From Octopus sinensis (lineage: Eukaryota), in NCBI RefSeq assembly GCF_006345805.1, contig NW_021830451.1, positions 1 to 64,000 on the forward strand: 64,000 bases of DNA, given 5' to 3'. The notes under the pieces are model-generated. The model searched no databases. It was not told where the DNA came from and was given only the letters and a program-made list of their open reading frames with translations. Of the stretch, positions 13,612 to 27,498 are shown piece by piece. Within the stretch, counting starts at the first letter, position 1, and each line of letters opens with the position of its first letter. The position numbers were made by a program, and so were the translations under genes.

Positions 13612-13830
13612 ACAACTGGAACATTCTTCACGACAAAGGAGAATATAGCATGTCCCCTAGATCACATTGAATCCTGTGGTTGCCATCTGACTTTGTGTGT
13701 GCCTCTTGGCTGTCTGATTAATGTTCAGCAGATCTACTACAGCAACAATATAATAGCAACAAAGCGTATGAAGAGGGTGCCTATATCCAGTCACTGAACC
13801 TGCTGAAAATAGCAACCAAATCTACCTGAA

Positions 13831-13963
13831 AGTCGAAAATCGAGATCGAGCGAGTTTTTGCCGTTTTGCTCGACGTGTGGTTTCCGTCCACGCTCTGCTC
13901 GCCCTGGGACACCTGCGTTACCGTTTGACAGACGTACCACCCCAGTCAAACTCCCCGACCGAC
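13831..13963 (-). pseudogene. 28S (LSU) rRNA fragment, domain V around the P-loop
   Basis: Reverse complement GGGGAGTTTGACTGGGGTGGTACGTCTGTCAAACGGTAACGCAGGTGTCC..GGCGAGC...GGCAAAAACTCGCTCGATCTCGATTTTC matches the conserved eukaryotic LSU sequence. Confidence 0.93.
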
Positions 13964-14700
13964 ATCTTATTGGCTTAAAAATTTGGAGAATTCATTGATT
14001 AACACAATCCTGGACACTAGGTCTCAAAATAATACGTTGAATTGATAAAGCCTGGAATGAATTTTATCACATTCCTCCTTTACAAGAGCTGATTCGAACT
14101 ATGGAACTACAACAACAACAACAACCACAAGAGTATTTCATTACTGTAAACTTAGAATAATTACAATTAATCTCGACGGCATCATTCTAAATACAAAAAT
14201 ATTCTAGTGATTAAATGTTAATTATACCTGATTATTTAATTACGGTTAAAACCTATATACGGCAAGAATGAGAGTCCTTTATTTTTTTTAGTCGCGGAAG
14301 TTTAACCACGAATCGCCTTAATTAACTTCATACAATCATTGACATTATGTGTATTGGCCTAAAATAAACATGACTTAAGTTAGAAATTATTCTTCCTCTT
14401 TTATATTTCATCGGTGGCTATGTGGTAAGAGGTTTGTTTCCTAGCAAACCTGGTTTCAGGTTCAGTCGCATTGCGTGACACCTTGAATAAATAGACAAGT
14501 TATTATTATTATTATATATAGACAATTTGTTCCCCGTTCTTGAAAACTCTAAAGCAGTGATTCTCAAGTATTACTTTACCTATGGTTCCCTTTAATTCCT
14601 AATTTACTTAGGTGAGATTTCGTAACCATTCCATGTTTTAAAAATATCCTATTCATCTTTTATAATCAAATGTGATTATAAAAAAATGAATAGGTACATG

Positions 14701-15070
14701 AGTGGCTTGCTTACCAACAACGTGGTTTCCGGATCAGTCCCTCTGCGTGGCACCTTGGGCAAGTGTCTTCTACTATAGCCTCGGACCGACCAAAGCCTTG
14801 TGAGTGGATTTGGTAGACGGAAACTGAATGAAGCCCGTCGTGTATGCAAATAGGTATGTATGTGCGTGTATGTTTATGCGTTTGTTCCCCACCAATATCG
14901 CTTGACAACCGATGCGAGTGTGCTTACGTCTCTGTAACTTAGCGATTCGGCAAAGGCGACCTATAGAATAAGTACTAGGCTAACAAAGAATAAGTCCTAT
15001 GGTCGATTTCCTCGACTAAAGGCGGGGCTCCAGCATGGCCACAGTCAAATGACTGAACAAGTCAAAGAAT
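14701..15070 (+). mobile_element. SINE family B
   Basis: Near-full copy including ccttgggcaagtgtcttc and the 3' cagtcaaatgactg hairpin. Confidence 0.9.
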
Positions 15071-16203
15071 AAAATAATTAAAGAATCTTTTATAATCAAA
15101 TATGATTAGGATTTGTATTAAAAAAGATGGTGGAACTCTTTTGTATATTGCAGAATTAAAACCAATTTATTACACATGAATTTTATCAACAAAATTTGAT
15201 ATGGACCCCCAAAGGTCTTATGAATCTCAGTTGAGAGCCAATGCTGTAGAGTGCAGTTTGATGTATACTTGTGTATTGATCACATCGAAGCTGCTCAGTC
15301 GCCTTCCTTGCACACTATTGGAAGGAGTGAGTATTACCCCAGGTATGTAGTTAGTGAACAGAACATTTGAACATATTGATGAAAGACAACAAAACAGTCG
15401 TAGATTTTACAGAGATCCTATCTCTGTATTTTAGATAAGAAAGACAGAAAGAAACAATGAAAAATCAGAAAGAAAGAGAGAAGTGGGAGAAAGACATACG
15501 GAAAAGAGAGAGACGGAGAAGGTGAGTGAAAGGATGGGAAACGGTGAGAGGTAGATAGAGAGGAAGAGAGAGAGGGGGGGAGAAGAGGATATGAAGGAAG
15601 CGATACAATAAAAAGAAGAAAGAAACAATGAAATTTAAAAAAATGAGAAAAAATAATCCACCATTAACTGCGGCTGGAGGTGTCGATTCGGTTTCTATTC
15701 TTTGTAGAAGCCATTTCATTTGACATGCGTCACTAATGTTGGACAAGCAGTATTTAAACGTAAGGAATATATGTCAGAAAGTCGAAAAATGCCATTTATA
15801 TTTGCTAAAAACACACACAAATAAAAATAAAAATAAAACAAAAACTAAAGAAAAAGGAATGGCGGTTAAGTGACATAGTGTGTTTCTCATTACATTAATG
15901 TGTATTTTATTCCTATTTCTGGAACTGCGGAGCGTCTACTAGAGCGTTTCATCTATAAACATTGGCTGCATACACCTACCCTTTAAGTGTTTGTCTAACG
16001 ATATTCGAGGTGAGAACTATGTTTCTAGGATATGTTTGAAGGAGGAAATAGCTATTGGTGACGTTGTTGTTGTTATTACAAACAGTAAGTAGGTGGTGGG
16101 GCAGAATTGGTAAAGTGTCTAAATAAATAAATGTCTTTTAGTATTTAGTTCCCAGCCTCTCTACAATCTGGGTTGAAATTTCAACATGGCGGGTTTTCAC
16201 TTT

Positions 16204-16375
16204 TCATTCCACTCGTGTTCGATACATTAAGCAGCAGACTACACTGGTAAGAATCCAAACAAAGATACTTTTACCATACACATGATTCATCTCGTTGTTG
16301 TCATTCTTGGGTAATTTTCTTTTAGTCTTGCCTTTTTGTTTTCTTTTCATTCTGTATTTGTAGCGACCTTCCCAG
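16204..16375 (-). CDS. Candidate terminal coding exon of an unidentified host gene
   Basis: Pyrimidine tract plus AG acceptor (ttcagttttcttttcaaattatag), then an open frame WEGRYKYRMKRKQKGKTKRKLPKNDNNEMNHVYGKSIFVWILTSVVCCLMYRTRVE* in non-repetitive sequence. Confidence 0.35.
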
Positions 16376-17115
16376 CTATAATTTGAAAAGAAAACTGAAA
16401 CAAATATAATCCAGTCCTGACGATCCAATCTTTTATTTAGGCACAGCACATACATCCTTTTCTTTCCCTTATCTCAACCTTTGAAATAGCTGCATATACG
16501 TTTATTGAGATGTGACTGCCATTTCTAGCAGATTAATGTTATACTTGTAGATATTTCGTTTCGTTATTGCCATAGCGGCTGTGCTTGTTTTTGTCATTTA
16601 ATGCCCAGCCCGACACTGATTAACAATTCGACTTTATTATGATGTTCTAACCTTGACGGTTATATCATTTATCCAGAGATAAAGAGAAGCAGCCATGTAT
16701 GTTTAATATTCTAAGATGTTAAGAGGGTGGTTGTATGGCGGATTGGGTACCATTTCTCGTAGAGTAAGCAACATGTAGAGAATTATTTGCTAGCACTTTT
16801 ATTTCGTTGTTAGAACTAGACACACATAGAGAAGTCCCGAGGAACAGAGAACAATACGTAAATTGACACTAAATGGTAGCTGGGAGAAGGAAGGGCTTGA
16901 AATTTGCGATGTAAACATACAAGATTCCAGGAGTGATATGGGTATACATACATACATAGATATGTATAAACCCACACATACAGATGCACACAGATATACA
17001 CAAACATGCGCGCGCACGCATACATGTATATGTTTATTTACGTTGATATCAAATGACAGTAAGTGTTCAACACCGTATGAAACTATTGGTAGCCTTGTTA
17101 ACCAACAAACACAGA

Positions 17116-17169
<54 letters not shown>

Positions 17170-17403
17170 GAGTGAGTGGACAAACGAAAGAAGAGCACTC
17201 AACCAATTTATTGGGAGCTACATGTACGGATCAAAACTCTTTGCTAGTCGTCAGCCATTTTCCCTGACGTAATGCTGACGACTAGCATCACTCTTGAAAA
17301 TCAAGAGTACCAATGAATTTACGAATTTGATTTAAACTGTTTTGATCCATTCATTCATATACTGGTGGTGATCATGTGTAAAATCTACTGAGTTGAGCTG
17401 ACG

Positions 17404-17450
17404 CTACGGAAGAGGTTTCTGCCTTAAAGCCGAAACTGTCCACGGTATAG
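17404..17450 (+). ncRNA. Degenerate type I hammerhead motif
   Basis: CUA-CGGAAGA-GGUUU...AAGCC-GAAA-CUGU(CC)ACGG-UA-UAG; core position U4 is G. Confidence 0.45.
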
Positions 17451-17667
17451 GGATATCACAATTTCTACTTTAGGCCGTTTACGGTCACTGTCAGTATTTA
17501 TTGTATACAATTACGTGCGTTAACTGCTGCAGCAGAATGCTTTAGCACTTATTTCTAGCATTGTAGGTGTTCTAACATCCTCAGTCATGTTTAATGACAA
17601 TTATAGTTTTTCTTTTTAGGGATACATTGCTAAACCAGTGCCTAATTTATATACATACATACATATG

Positions 17668-17738
<71 letters not shown>

Positions 17739-17746
<8 letters not shown>

Positions 17747-17988
17747 AATATGTTACATTACTCGATAGTTAAGATAAAACTCTGAGTTTCAGATGCCGAA
17801 GTGGAAATCCACAACACCATCTCTTCGGTTATCTGGCTATTTGAACACGCTTTTTATTCTTTTTTTCTTTTTCATTACGTTTTCAAATAGCCAGATAACC
17901 GAAGAGATGGTGTTGTGGATTTCCACTTCGGCATCTGAAACTCAGAGTTTTATCTTGACTATCGAGTAATGTAACATATTATTGTATA
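17739..17988. repeat. Near-perfect ~110-bp inverted repeat, each arm carrying an HHR motif
   Basis: 17739-17849 versus 17878-17988 with ~2 mismatches and a ~28-nt T-rich loop. Confidence 0.95.
17894..17954 (+). ncRNA. Hammerhead motif with CCGAAGA core; mirror copy at 17773-17833 on minus
   Basis: GAUAA-CCGAAGA-GAUG...CAUC-U-GAAA-CUC(A)GAG-UU-UUAUC. Confidence 0.6.
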
Positions 17989-18054
17989 GATAAATTTCCT
18001 GTATTTACATAATATTGAGGTCTCTTTCTTTCTTTTGTTATCTTACCGTTTTAT

Positions 18055-18100
<46 letters not shown>

Positions 18101-19583
18101 TCGAGAAGGCCGGTTTATGGGATTATCTTAGGTTTCCCACCCGTAAAGGATTTAGTTTTATGGCATACCGTCAGATCCATATATGTATATATTTTTTCGA
18201 TTTTTCACATACAAAGTAGTCTAGTTAGTTATAACCTGACCGAATAAAAGAACACTATCAGAAAACTAAGACTGATATATTTCTTGAACTCTCTGAGGTA
18301 TGAGATTCTTTCGTTCTACAAGACATATTTATCCTATTTCGTTGTAGTTGACCTGACTATAGGAAATAACTGTTATCGTATCTTTTGGGAATATTCTCTG
18401 TGTACTTTGCTTCAGGGTTTCTCTTTTTTGTCGGATTTACGCCATGGTAAAGAAACTGAACGGCGGCTGTTTGTCTAGGGACTTCTCGAAGTTTTTAAAA
18501 CATCTAGTTTCAGAAGTGTTGCTTACTGCAGTTAATAATGGATTACAGTCATAATCTCCGATTACCAGGTTCGTTAACTTAATGCATAGGTAGCTGAGTA
18601 TACCACAGTCACATGAACCCTTTATACAATTCTCGGGTCAGGCTGTACTGCTGGTTTCCATGAACAATCCATCAGACAGGCTTGTAAACAATTTTCGTCA
18701 GCCCGATTTTACTCCCAACGTATTGATCTACCCGAAGTTTTGTCCCGAAGACACCACAGAGTGGGATCGAACTGAGTATCTGAATTGCTAAATAAATTTC
18801 TGAACCACACAATCGCATTACGTCCATGAATATGTTAGATAAATATTTTTCAGTACTACGTTGACCCATCGCGAAACGAAAAATTTTCAAAGGGATTCCA
18901 GCAAATACTTATATCAGATTTATTTTGTTTACCCTGAAACCTTATATACTGAGTGAAAGGTCCTGATGTTGTTGTCTCTACTCACTACGTTATTTCGGTT
19001 TTGCTGTATTTCAGTAAGGTCATGACAGCCTGACCGTGGATAAATTCCTTTTGAATAACAATCTGTACTTGCACGCGAAAATGATTTGTTGGAGCGGCTG
19101 TAGTCTATTGAACTGAATATAGTAAATATTTACTGCAGAGCAGCGATGGGATAAAACGCTAGGTCAAATCTGACTCGAGGGATTTGAACTCGCTCTTTAA
19201 TTAAGAAAAATTAATTACTGATCAGCACGTTAGTGTCTTTGCCACCATTCCCGACTGGTAACAGTATTGGTAATAAATTGCATTCAGATAATAGTAATAA
19301 TAACTCTTCCAATTATAGGGTACAGGACTTGAAATTTGCTGGGAGTGATATTGCCGATCACCTCAACATTAGTGCATAAATGATTCGTATTTCGACGACC
19401 CCGAAAGGATGAAATGCAAAGTCGACCTCGGCGGGATTTGATCTCAGAAGATAATGACGGACGAAATAAATCTAAGCACCTTGTTCAGTGGGCTAACAAT
19501 TCTGCCAGCTTGCTATCTTGATGATGATATTAATAATAATGATGATCATGTTGATGATCATTATGATAATAAAAATAATAATG

Positions 19584-19655
<72 letters not shown>

Positions 19656-21169
19656 TTAATAATAATCATAATAATGGTTTTAAATTTTGGTACAAAACCA
19701 GCAATTTCGAAGGATGGAATAATTCAGTTGCATCGACCCCAATATACAACAGGTATTTATTTTATCCACCCCGAAGTATGAAACCAAAATCGACCTCGGC
19801 AGAATCTAAACTCAGAACGCAAAGACGTTCAAAATGCCACTGAGCATTTTGTCCGGCGACAACACTCAAGCACGTGGGTCTGTTTTAGATGGGCGTTGTT
19901 GGCGAGGGTTACATGGGGTCTGAATGCAAATTCTGTGTCAACCTGTTTGGTTTGCCTTCTACGACACGCAGAAAATCCGTTGACATGTCGGTCTCCAAAA
20001 ACAACTTAAGCAACGTGAAACAAAGCACTTTGCTTAAGACACAACATGCCGCCCACTACAGAAGTCGAAACCAAGACCAGGCGATCATGTGTGCAACACC
20101 AGAGCCACCTTCAAAGTATGATATAATTTTTATGATGACACGTCTGGTATTTCTAGCGAATAGCCCGACCGGGAAGAGGTAATATAGTGTAATATAGTGT
20201 AATACAGTTCAAATTTGTGACACAAATTATTCCCATATGTTCCTTCTACATGTCAATGTGAATATCTGCTAAGGAGGCTATATCTATATTATCATATAAC
20301 CCGCATCTACAGAGAAAAAACATGATCCTGCTTGTGTTTTCTTACGAACTGTTTATAATTTCCTATCCCTTTTCGTGATACTTAAGTTGTTCTATCAGAG
20401 TGGCCGGGTAGAGATATCCGTACGACATTGTTTATTAAAACATTTAGCTGAAACGACAGTTTATATATTAAATACAGTCAGCCATTGTTTCTATATTAAC
20501 CTTAACTTAATCCATTACGTCCCTTACAACTTCTTATTTTATACATTATTATTTCAAACATTGAAATGAGGCGATGTTGGGGCAACGCCTTTGAAAGATC
20601 TTTTCTGACGAACAAGTCGACACGAATACATATTTTAAACATTGGTATGTAATTTGTGTTTTCCACTTGGTGAAAGACTAGATTACAAGCAGGAAAACAC
20701 ACCGACACCGGTTATCAAGCGGGGCTGGTTTCTTTAAGGTCTGAAATGGGTTTTTTCTTTAGTGGTTGTGGTGGTGGGCTAGATGTTTCCATCGAACCCA
20801 GTGCTCAACTGGTCCTTATTTCTTTGACCCCGAAATAATCTAAGATTATTAAGGCTCGTACTTTTTGTATCGTTCTTCTTTGGCGAATTGCTATGCAGTA
20901 TATATGATAGTGCAGTATATATGATAGTAGATTTTAAACTCACAACGTAGAGACAAATAGGAGAGTAATTCTACCAGTTCACTGTTTTAACAAAGTCTCA
21001 AGTGGTGAAGATGAAATTGGATTCGTTACAGAAATAGTTAATTAAACGGAGTAAACTCATCTGGCATTATTTTATTTGCTGTGTTATCTAATATCACATT
21101 TTTGTGACAAATAATGTCATTCAGTACATGTTTGCAACAAAATCACAGCATCACTTATTTTGAGATGAG

Positions 21170-21216
<47 letters not shown>

Positions 21217-21386
21217 AGAGAGAGAGAAATAGAGAAAGAGAGAAAGAGAGAGAAAGAAATTCTCTGTGCAGTTTCGGTGCAACAAAAATCTTACGTTTCT
21301 TCTGTTTGAAAACACAGTTTCGTCAGTTTCCTCACTGATAAGCATATCGGAGATGTCCGTACGTACATAAAAACGTATACACACAA

Positions 21387-21426
<40 letters not shown>

Positions 21427-21719
21427 ATTACGATGAACGTAAACAAACAAACGAAGTTTGCTTTAGAAGCGTTGAGATGTCTTAGAAAGTTAAAGAAGTG
21501 ATTTTAAATTCTCAAATGCAGGATAATGCTAATAATATAGCCTGGACAGGATAAGCTACCCCTATTTTGCAGAAAAAAGCTTTGGCAGCCGGCTATGAGA
21601 CTCAAACACACACCTCCGTGATTACGAGTCGCGGTATCTGCACCGCTGTTCGACTAGAAGTGGTGCGCCAGCACGGCTGCTGTCAAAATGACTTAAACTG
21701 CTAAAAGAATAAAAGAATG

Positions 21720-21753
<34 letters not shown>

Positions 21754-21768
21754 CATTTCACTAAATAT

Positions 21769-22376
21769 ATGAGGTGGTATCAAACATTTCTGGACTAGTT
21801 CTGTAGCACGCCAATAGATAGCAGCACACGGCTGCGTGCGCAGTGAGGGCTAGCAGTGAGCTTCATGGGGCATTGTGGCAAATAACATCGCTGTATTTAC
21901 TTCGCAAGTTGTGAAACTTTTGTTTTTATGATGACGTCTATGATGTAGTCTGATTTTGTCGTGAGCGTGAATTTGAAACAAAGAGCCAACGCGAAAGTGT
22001 GCGTTTTACTTGGGAAGTCTGCTACGGAGACACTCAACATGCTTCGGCAAGCTTACGGCGATGATGCAATGGGTTGTATGCATTGTTCCGAGTGGCACGA
22101 GCGCTTCAAAAGATCTTCCCTGGAAGACGTTGAGCAATCTGCAAGACCTGCTAAGGACGTTACTCCTGGAAATGTGGATAAAAATTATCAGCTTGTGCAT
22201 GAGGATCGTTGGAGGAAATCAACGACATTGCTGATGTTGTTGGTTAGTTGTATGGGTCCGTGCAGGCAATGATACCATCTGAATTGGACATGCGGCGTGT
22301 CACTGCTAAGTTTGACGCCCGCCTACTGACCACTGAGCAGAAAGAACGTCGCGTCGAAGTCTGTCAAGATATCCGT
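21769..22376 (+). mobile_element. Mariner transposon 5' remnant (N-terminal HTH of transposase)
   Basis: QRANAKVCVLLGKSATETLNMLRQAYGDDAM...EWHERFK..SLEDVEQSARP, then frameshifted LDMRRVTAKF..RLLTTEQKERRVEVC; TIR-like start after TA. Confidence 0.85.
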
Positions 22377-22544
22377 CGGACGGATGGGAACGTGAAACTC
22401 TAAGTAACAGTTTTTGCAGCTTTATCAATAAAGTATATATGTGTGTGCGCGCGCGAGTGTGTGTGTGCGTGTGTGTATTCATGTATATATATATACAGAC
22501 CTTTCCGTAAATCCTATCCAGCAAAAGTCTAGTAACAACATATA

Positions 22545-22757
22545 TATTTCTTTATTGCCCACAAGGGGCTAAACATAGAGGGGATAAACAAGGACAGACA
22601 AAGGGATTAAGTCAATTACATCGACCCCAGTGCGTAACTGGTACTTAATTTATCGACCCCGAAAGGATGAAAAGCAAAGTTGACCTCGGCGGAATTTGAA
22701 CTCACAGCGTAACGGCAGACGAAATACGGCTACGCATTTCGCCCGGCGTGCTAACGC
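22545..22757 (-). mobile_element. SINE family A, 5'-truncated
   Basis: Reverse complement of the 4118 family body. Confidence 0.9.
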
Positions 22758-23586
22758 TTTAGATCAACCAAAGACTATTTTAGTACATACTAACAAAAGG
22801 TGCGTTGAATAGCAACGAATGTAAAGCTAAGTGGTTGAAAAAAACAACCTCGTTACTGACACTGGCATGCCTGCGCCTATTTTGACCTAGCAGTTAATCT
22901 CAATTCAGAATTCACAGGAACTTAGGTTGAAATCTGATACTGCATCATGCTTATAATGTAAAAGTTAAATAATGAGACGGAGAAGGTACCGGGAAATTCA
23001 GCTCTTTTCGAACTAATCGCATGGAATAACACTTGCAATGATTAAAGTGCGTTTTGATTTCACGATAACGTCTCTTAGGCCGAGTAACCATATCTGGCAT
23101 TAATATACTCTTCAACGGTTTATAACAAGTATAAGCAACATGTCATTAAAGAATATGTATTAAATAGGATGTAAGTAATGCTAGAATATATAACTATTGA
23201 GGTTATAAGTTCTGCTGGAATAATTGGGAAAAAATACGTCGCACTGGAGGCTTAAAATTGGATACATCATGTATGTTGTTTACAAATATATCGTAAATCG
23301 CTTGGTGTCACGTATTGGGGCCGTGAAAATAATGTTGCATTGTTCTTCATCTAACCGCCAAGACTAAAAATATGTGTAAGTACATGTATGTATATTTTGG
23401 TTATATATATGTACGCCTGTACATACGTATACGAATATATATGTGTGTGTATGTGTGTATGTGTGTGTGTTTGTATATATATATACATATATATATATGT
23501 TTAAAGGATGTGATGGGCAAATTGTCGCCATTTCATATTTTTTATTTAGCGCATGCGCATTGTTTGACTTTAATTTCATCAACTGT

Positions 23587-24383
23587 ACAGTATTGTAGGG
23601 TCAATTAGGCACCGTCTGTGAGCAAAACAGCACCATGACGCCATCCACTCTTTCAGAAATTTGGAAACGACATGCTATACTGCTTAGCACTCGCGCCGGA
23701 CGCTCCAATACGAACATTTCAGAGTGTGTGCGTGTCAATCTGAAGACAGTTCAATCTGAGGAAAAGTACCCAGGTTGATAAAAATCAAACAACTATTTAA
23801 CATCATGGTGTTTGGAGTGATCACTAGTCATGGTATCGTTATATACCCATTCATCTTCCCACACGGCCTTAGGCTCAACACGGAGGCCTGCATCAAGTGC
23901 CTGGATGAGGAAGGGTTGCCGTGGCTCAAGAGACTGGCTGCTGGAAGACCCTATGTCTGGCAACAGGACTCTGCATCACGCCACACAAGCAGGAGAATCC
24001 AGTCAATTTCTGAAACTACATCACCCCTATCATCTGGCCCCCTAGCTCCTTTGACTGCAACCCCGTTGATTATTATATATAGGGCGCAGTTGAGCATGGG
24101 ACCACTAAAATTTCTTGTAGCACCAAAGATGAACTTAAGGCAAGGATTATGGCAGCATTCACAAACTTAAACAAGGACACCGCCCAGAAAACTTGCAGGA
24201 GATTCCAAAGTCGTCTGAACGCCGTAGTTGAAGCCAATGGTGATCTTATTGAATAAATTTACTGTTTAGTATTTCAAGATATTTTTGTGTAATTTTGGTA
24301 AATATATCTGTTAAAATTAGGTCAGTATTATTTTCATTTTTAATTTTTGCATAATTTAGACGACAGTTTACTAACCGCATTGC

Positions 24384-24385
<2 letters not shown>
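23587..24385 (+). mobile_element. Tc1/mariner (maT/DD37D-like) transposon remnant, internally deleted
   Basis: IMVFGVITS.G....PFIFPHGLRLNTEA..KCL....LPWLKR.AAGRPYVWQQDSA..HTS, then frameshifted WPPSSFDCNP.DYY. Confidence 0.85.
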
Positions 24386-24434
<49 letters not shown>

Positions 24435-25368
24435 AGTGTGTGTGTGTCTGTATGTATGTATGTGTGTGTGTGTGTAATTAGGCATGTCTGAACGTACGTA
24501 TCTGTTCAGTAATATCTCCCTCTACATCTCTCTCTCTCTCTCTGCATATATTACATTCATATACAACAAGAACACGCATACACAAACACACACATACACA
24601 CGCACTATCACATATACTGCATAGCAATTCGCCAAAGAAGAAGGATACAAAAAGTACGAGCCTTAACAACGTAGTACTGAGATGAATTCGCTCGACGAAA
24701 ATGTAGTGCACTGGCATGGCCGCCGTCTACCGACTGAAACAGGTGAGAGCCAAAAAACATATATACATATATATATACATATAAATATACACTACATATA
24801 TATATATATATGCTAAAAATTCATTCCAAACGTTATACACAGATATATAGACAAATAATTAGTGAGTGTGCGCAGCCTGTGTGTGTTGGTATGTTGGCGA
24901 ATGTGTAAGGGCGTGTCTGTATATGTGGAAGTGCTTACTGTTGCGTATTCGACGGCAATAACAAAAAAAAAAGTATCTAAACATATTTGCTTCGCTGTTG
25001 AGTACCTTAGAGATTTATAGGCCTCTTTCTGTCTTGTGAGTGTTTGAAAGCTTTCCAACAGGTTTATTAACCTCGCAATTAATGAACAATAAAGACATAC
25101 AGTCGCGCATACATATATACACACACACACACACACACGAGCACTCTCGTGCACACACGCGCATTATCGTGCACATACGCGCACTCTCCTGAACACACGC
25201 ACACACGAACGCGTGCAAACACGCAAGCGTAGAAACACACTCGCACTTAAATATTATGCTCGAGTTATATTTATATGTATATGTACATATATATATAATA
25301 TATATATATATATATTATATATATATATATATATGTATGTATATCTATCTATCTATATATATATATAT

Positions 25369-25402
<34 letters not shown>

Positions 25403-25491
25403 ATGTATGTATATCTATCTATCTATATATATATACATACATATATATATATATATAACATATATACATATATACCTACATACATACATAC

Positions 25492-25522
<31 letters not shown>

Positions 25523-25523
<1 letters not shown>

Positions 25524-25682
25524 AAGGAAAAGTTTACGAAAATAAACAAAAGACGAAGGCAGGTGGATTACAAACAAACGAACGTATTAGTATAGCGCTC
25601 AGGAATAGGAAAAGTCTTTTACGTTTCGAACCTACGCTGTTCGACAGAAAGATACACAGAAAAAAACAAGGAGAGAAACAAC
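25523..25682 (-). repeat. Short (TA)n-embedded repeat with a minimal HHR variant at 25615-25652
   Basis: Minus: UCUUU-CUGUCGA-ACAGCGUAGGUUC-GAAA-CG-UA-AAAGA; same family as 38052, 46070 and 63610. Confidence 0.75.
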
Positions 25683-25700
25683 GTATGTATATATGCATGT

Positions 25701-25768
<68 letters not shown>

Positions 25769-25830
25769 TATATTATTATATGACTGAACACCACGCATCT
25801 TCTTCCAAGTAAGTCACACACAGGCACATG

Positions 25831-25905
<75 letters not shown>

Positions 25906-26528
25906 GCACATATATTTAGTTTCTTTTATCCAACCATTTTGAACTGTTCTTTTAGTGTAAACATCTCCCGTCTCACCCAGAAACACGCTCTCATAAACAG
26001 ACAAATTCACGCACACAGATACACACAAATGCACACACACCCACGCATTTCTGTCATAAGTACACATTGTATGAGCATCATTTATCTTCGACTGTAATGT
26101 AACCTGTAGGAATTTATGGTTGTGACAGTCATCACATTAAATCCTTCTCGTACACACGCCATCACCTTTAGCCGGAAAGCTGTAATATGTAAATACATGT
26201 TATATCAACGTTATGATATGTATAGATGGACAGTCATTCAGTAATACGCCGCAATAAATGCAGCGAAGCAAGAACGATACAGCTCGATTATGGAGACAGC
26301 CATGCTCTATCGAGTCGATCACGTATAAATATGAATATGTCAAGTGTGTGCCACCAGTCGATAAATGTAAGCAGAGACGTAGTTAAGATATTTGCAAATG
26401 GCGACGAATAATGCCTCTATGCAATGAATGATTGGGTACACCCCCATACACGTATGCATAATTATATACACATGAAAACAAACATAGACACACATATGTA
26501 GATAAAAACAAATGTATAAAGATATTAA

Positions 26529-26660
<132 letters not shown>

Positions 26661-26910
26661 ATAAATATGCAAATGTATGCATTGGAGTTCATATATGTAT
26701 TTATACATCTATATATTTATTTATGTATAATATACTTACATTATGTGTTTTGTACGCTGACATAAAATATAAATGTTTATTTAAATGTTTTTTTTTCTAT
26801 GACATACATATATATGGAAATATATGTATATAGACGTGTGAATATATTCATATATAGACATGCTGATACATATGCGCTCCTATAATCAATTATTCTATTA
26901 TATGTTTGAA

Positions 26911-27282
26911 GGCGGCGAGCTGGCAGAAACGTTAGCACACCGGGCGAAATGCTTAACGGTGTTTCGTCTTTACGTTCTGAGTTCAAATTCCGCCGAGCTC
27001 GACTTTGCTTTTCATCCTTTCGGAGTCGATAAATTAAGTACCAGTTACGCACTGGAGTTGATGTAATCGACTTAATCCCTTTGCCGATCTTTGTTTGCCC
27101 CGTCTATGTTTAAAAAAATAAGAAACGTTAGCACATCGGGCAAAATGCTTTACGTTATGAGTTCAAATTCCGCCGAGGCCGACTTTACCATTCATCCTTT
27201 CGGGATCGATAAATTTATCCCCAGTTGCGTACTGGCACCCTCCCCCAAAATTTCTGGCCTCGTACCTAGTGAAGAAAAGATT
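26911..27282 (+). mobile_element. SINE family A plus a second truncated copy
   Basis: ggcggcgagctggcagaaacgttagc head at 26911; restart agaaacgttagcac at 27121. Confidence 0.85.
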
Positions 27283-27407
27283 CTATTATGTTTCAGCCCT
27301 AAGAATGTGCCCATGCTGAGGTACCACCAGTGTAATCACCTTTTAATTGGCCAATTCCATGTGATTGGCATTTGGTGCAGGGGTGAGTTTGAGACTGCTG
27401 CTTTCGT

Positions 27408-27498
27408 CATCATCATCATCATCGTTTAACGTCCGCTTTCCATGCTAGTATGGGTTGGACGATTTGACTGAGGTCTGGCGAACCAGATGGCTCAATCT
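27408..27498 (-). mobile_element. 3' end of a LINE/SINE with a (GAT)n tail
   Basis: (cat)n-cgtttaacgtccgctttccatgctag...ggttggacg; resembles an RTE-type 3' terminus. Confidence 0.5.

Noticed and set aside
13831-13963. Functional rRNA gene
   Set aside because: Only ~130 bp with no flanking rDNA.
17243-17288. 14-bp hairpin tgctagtcgtcagc/gctgacgactagca as a miRNA or terminator
   Set aside because: The stem is too short for a pre-miRNA, and intrinsic terminators do not apply in this context.
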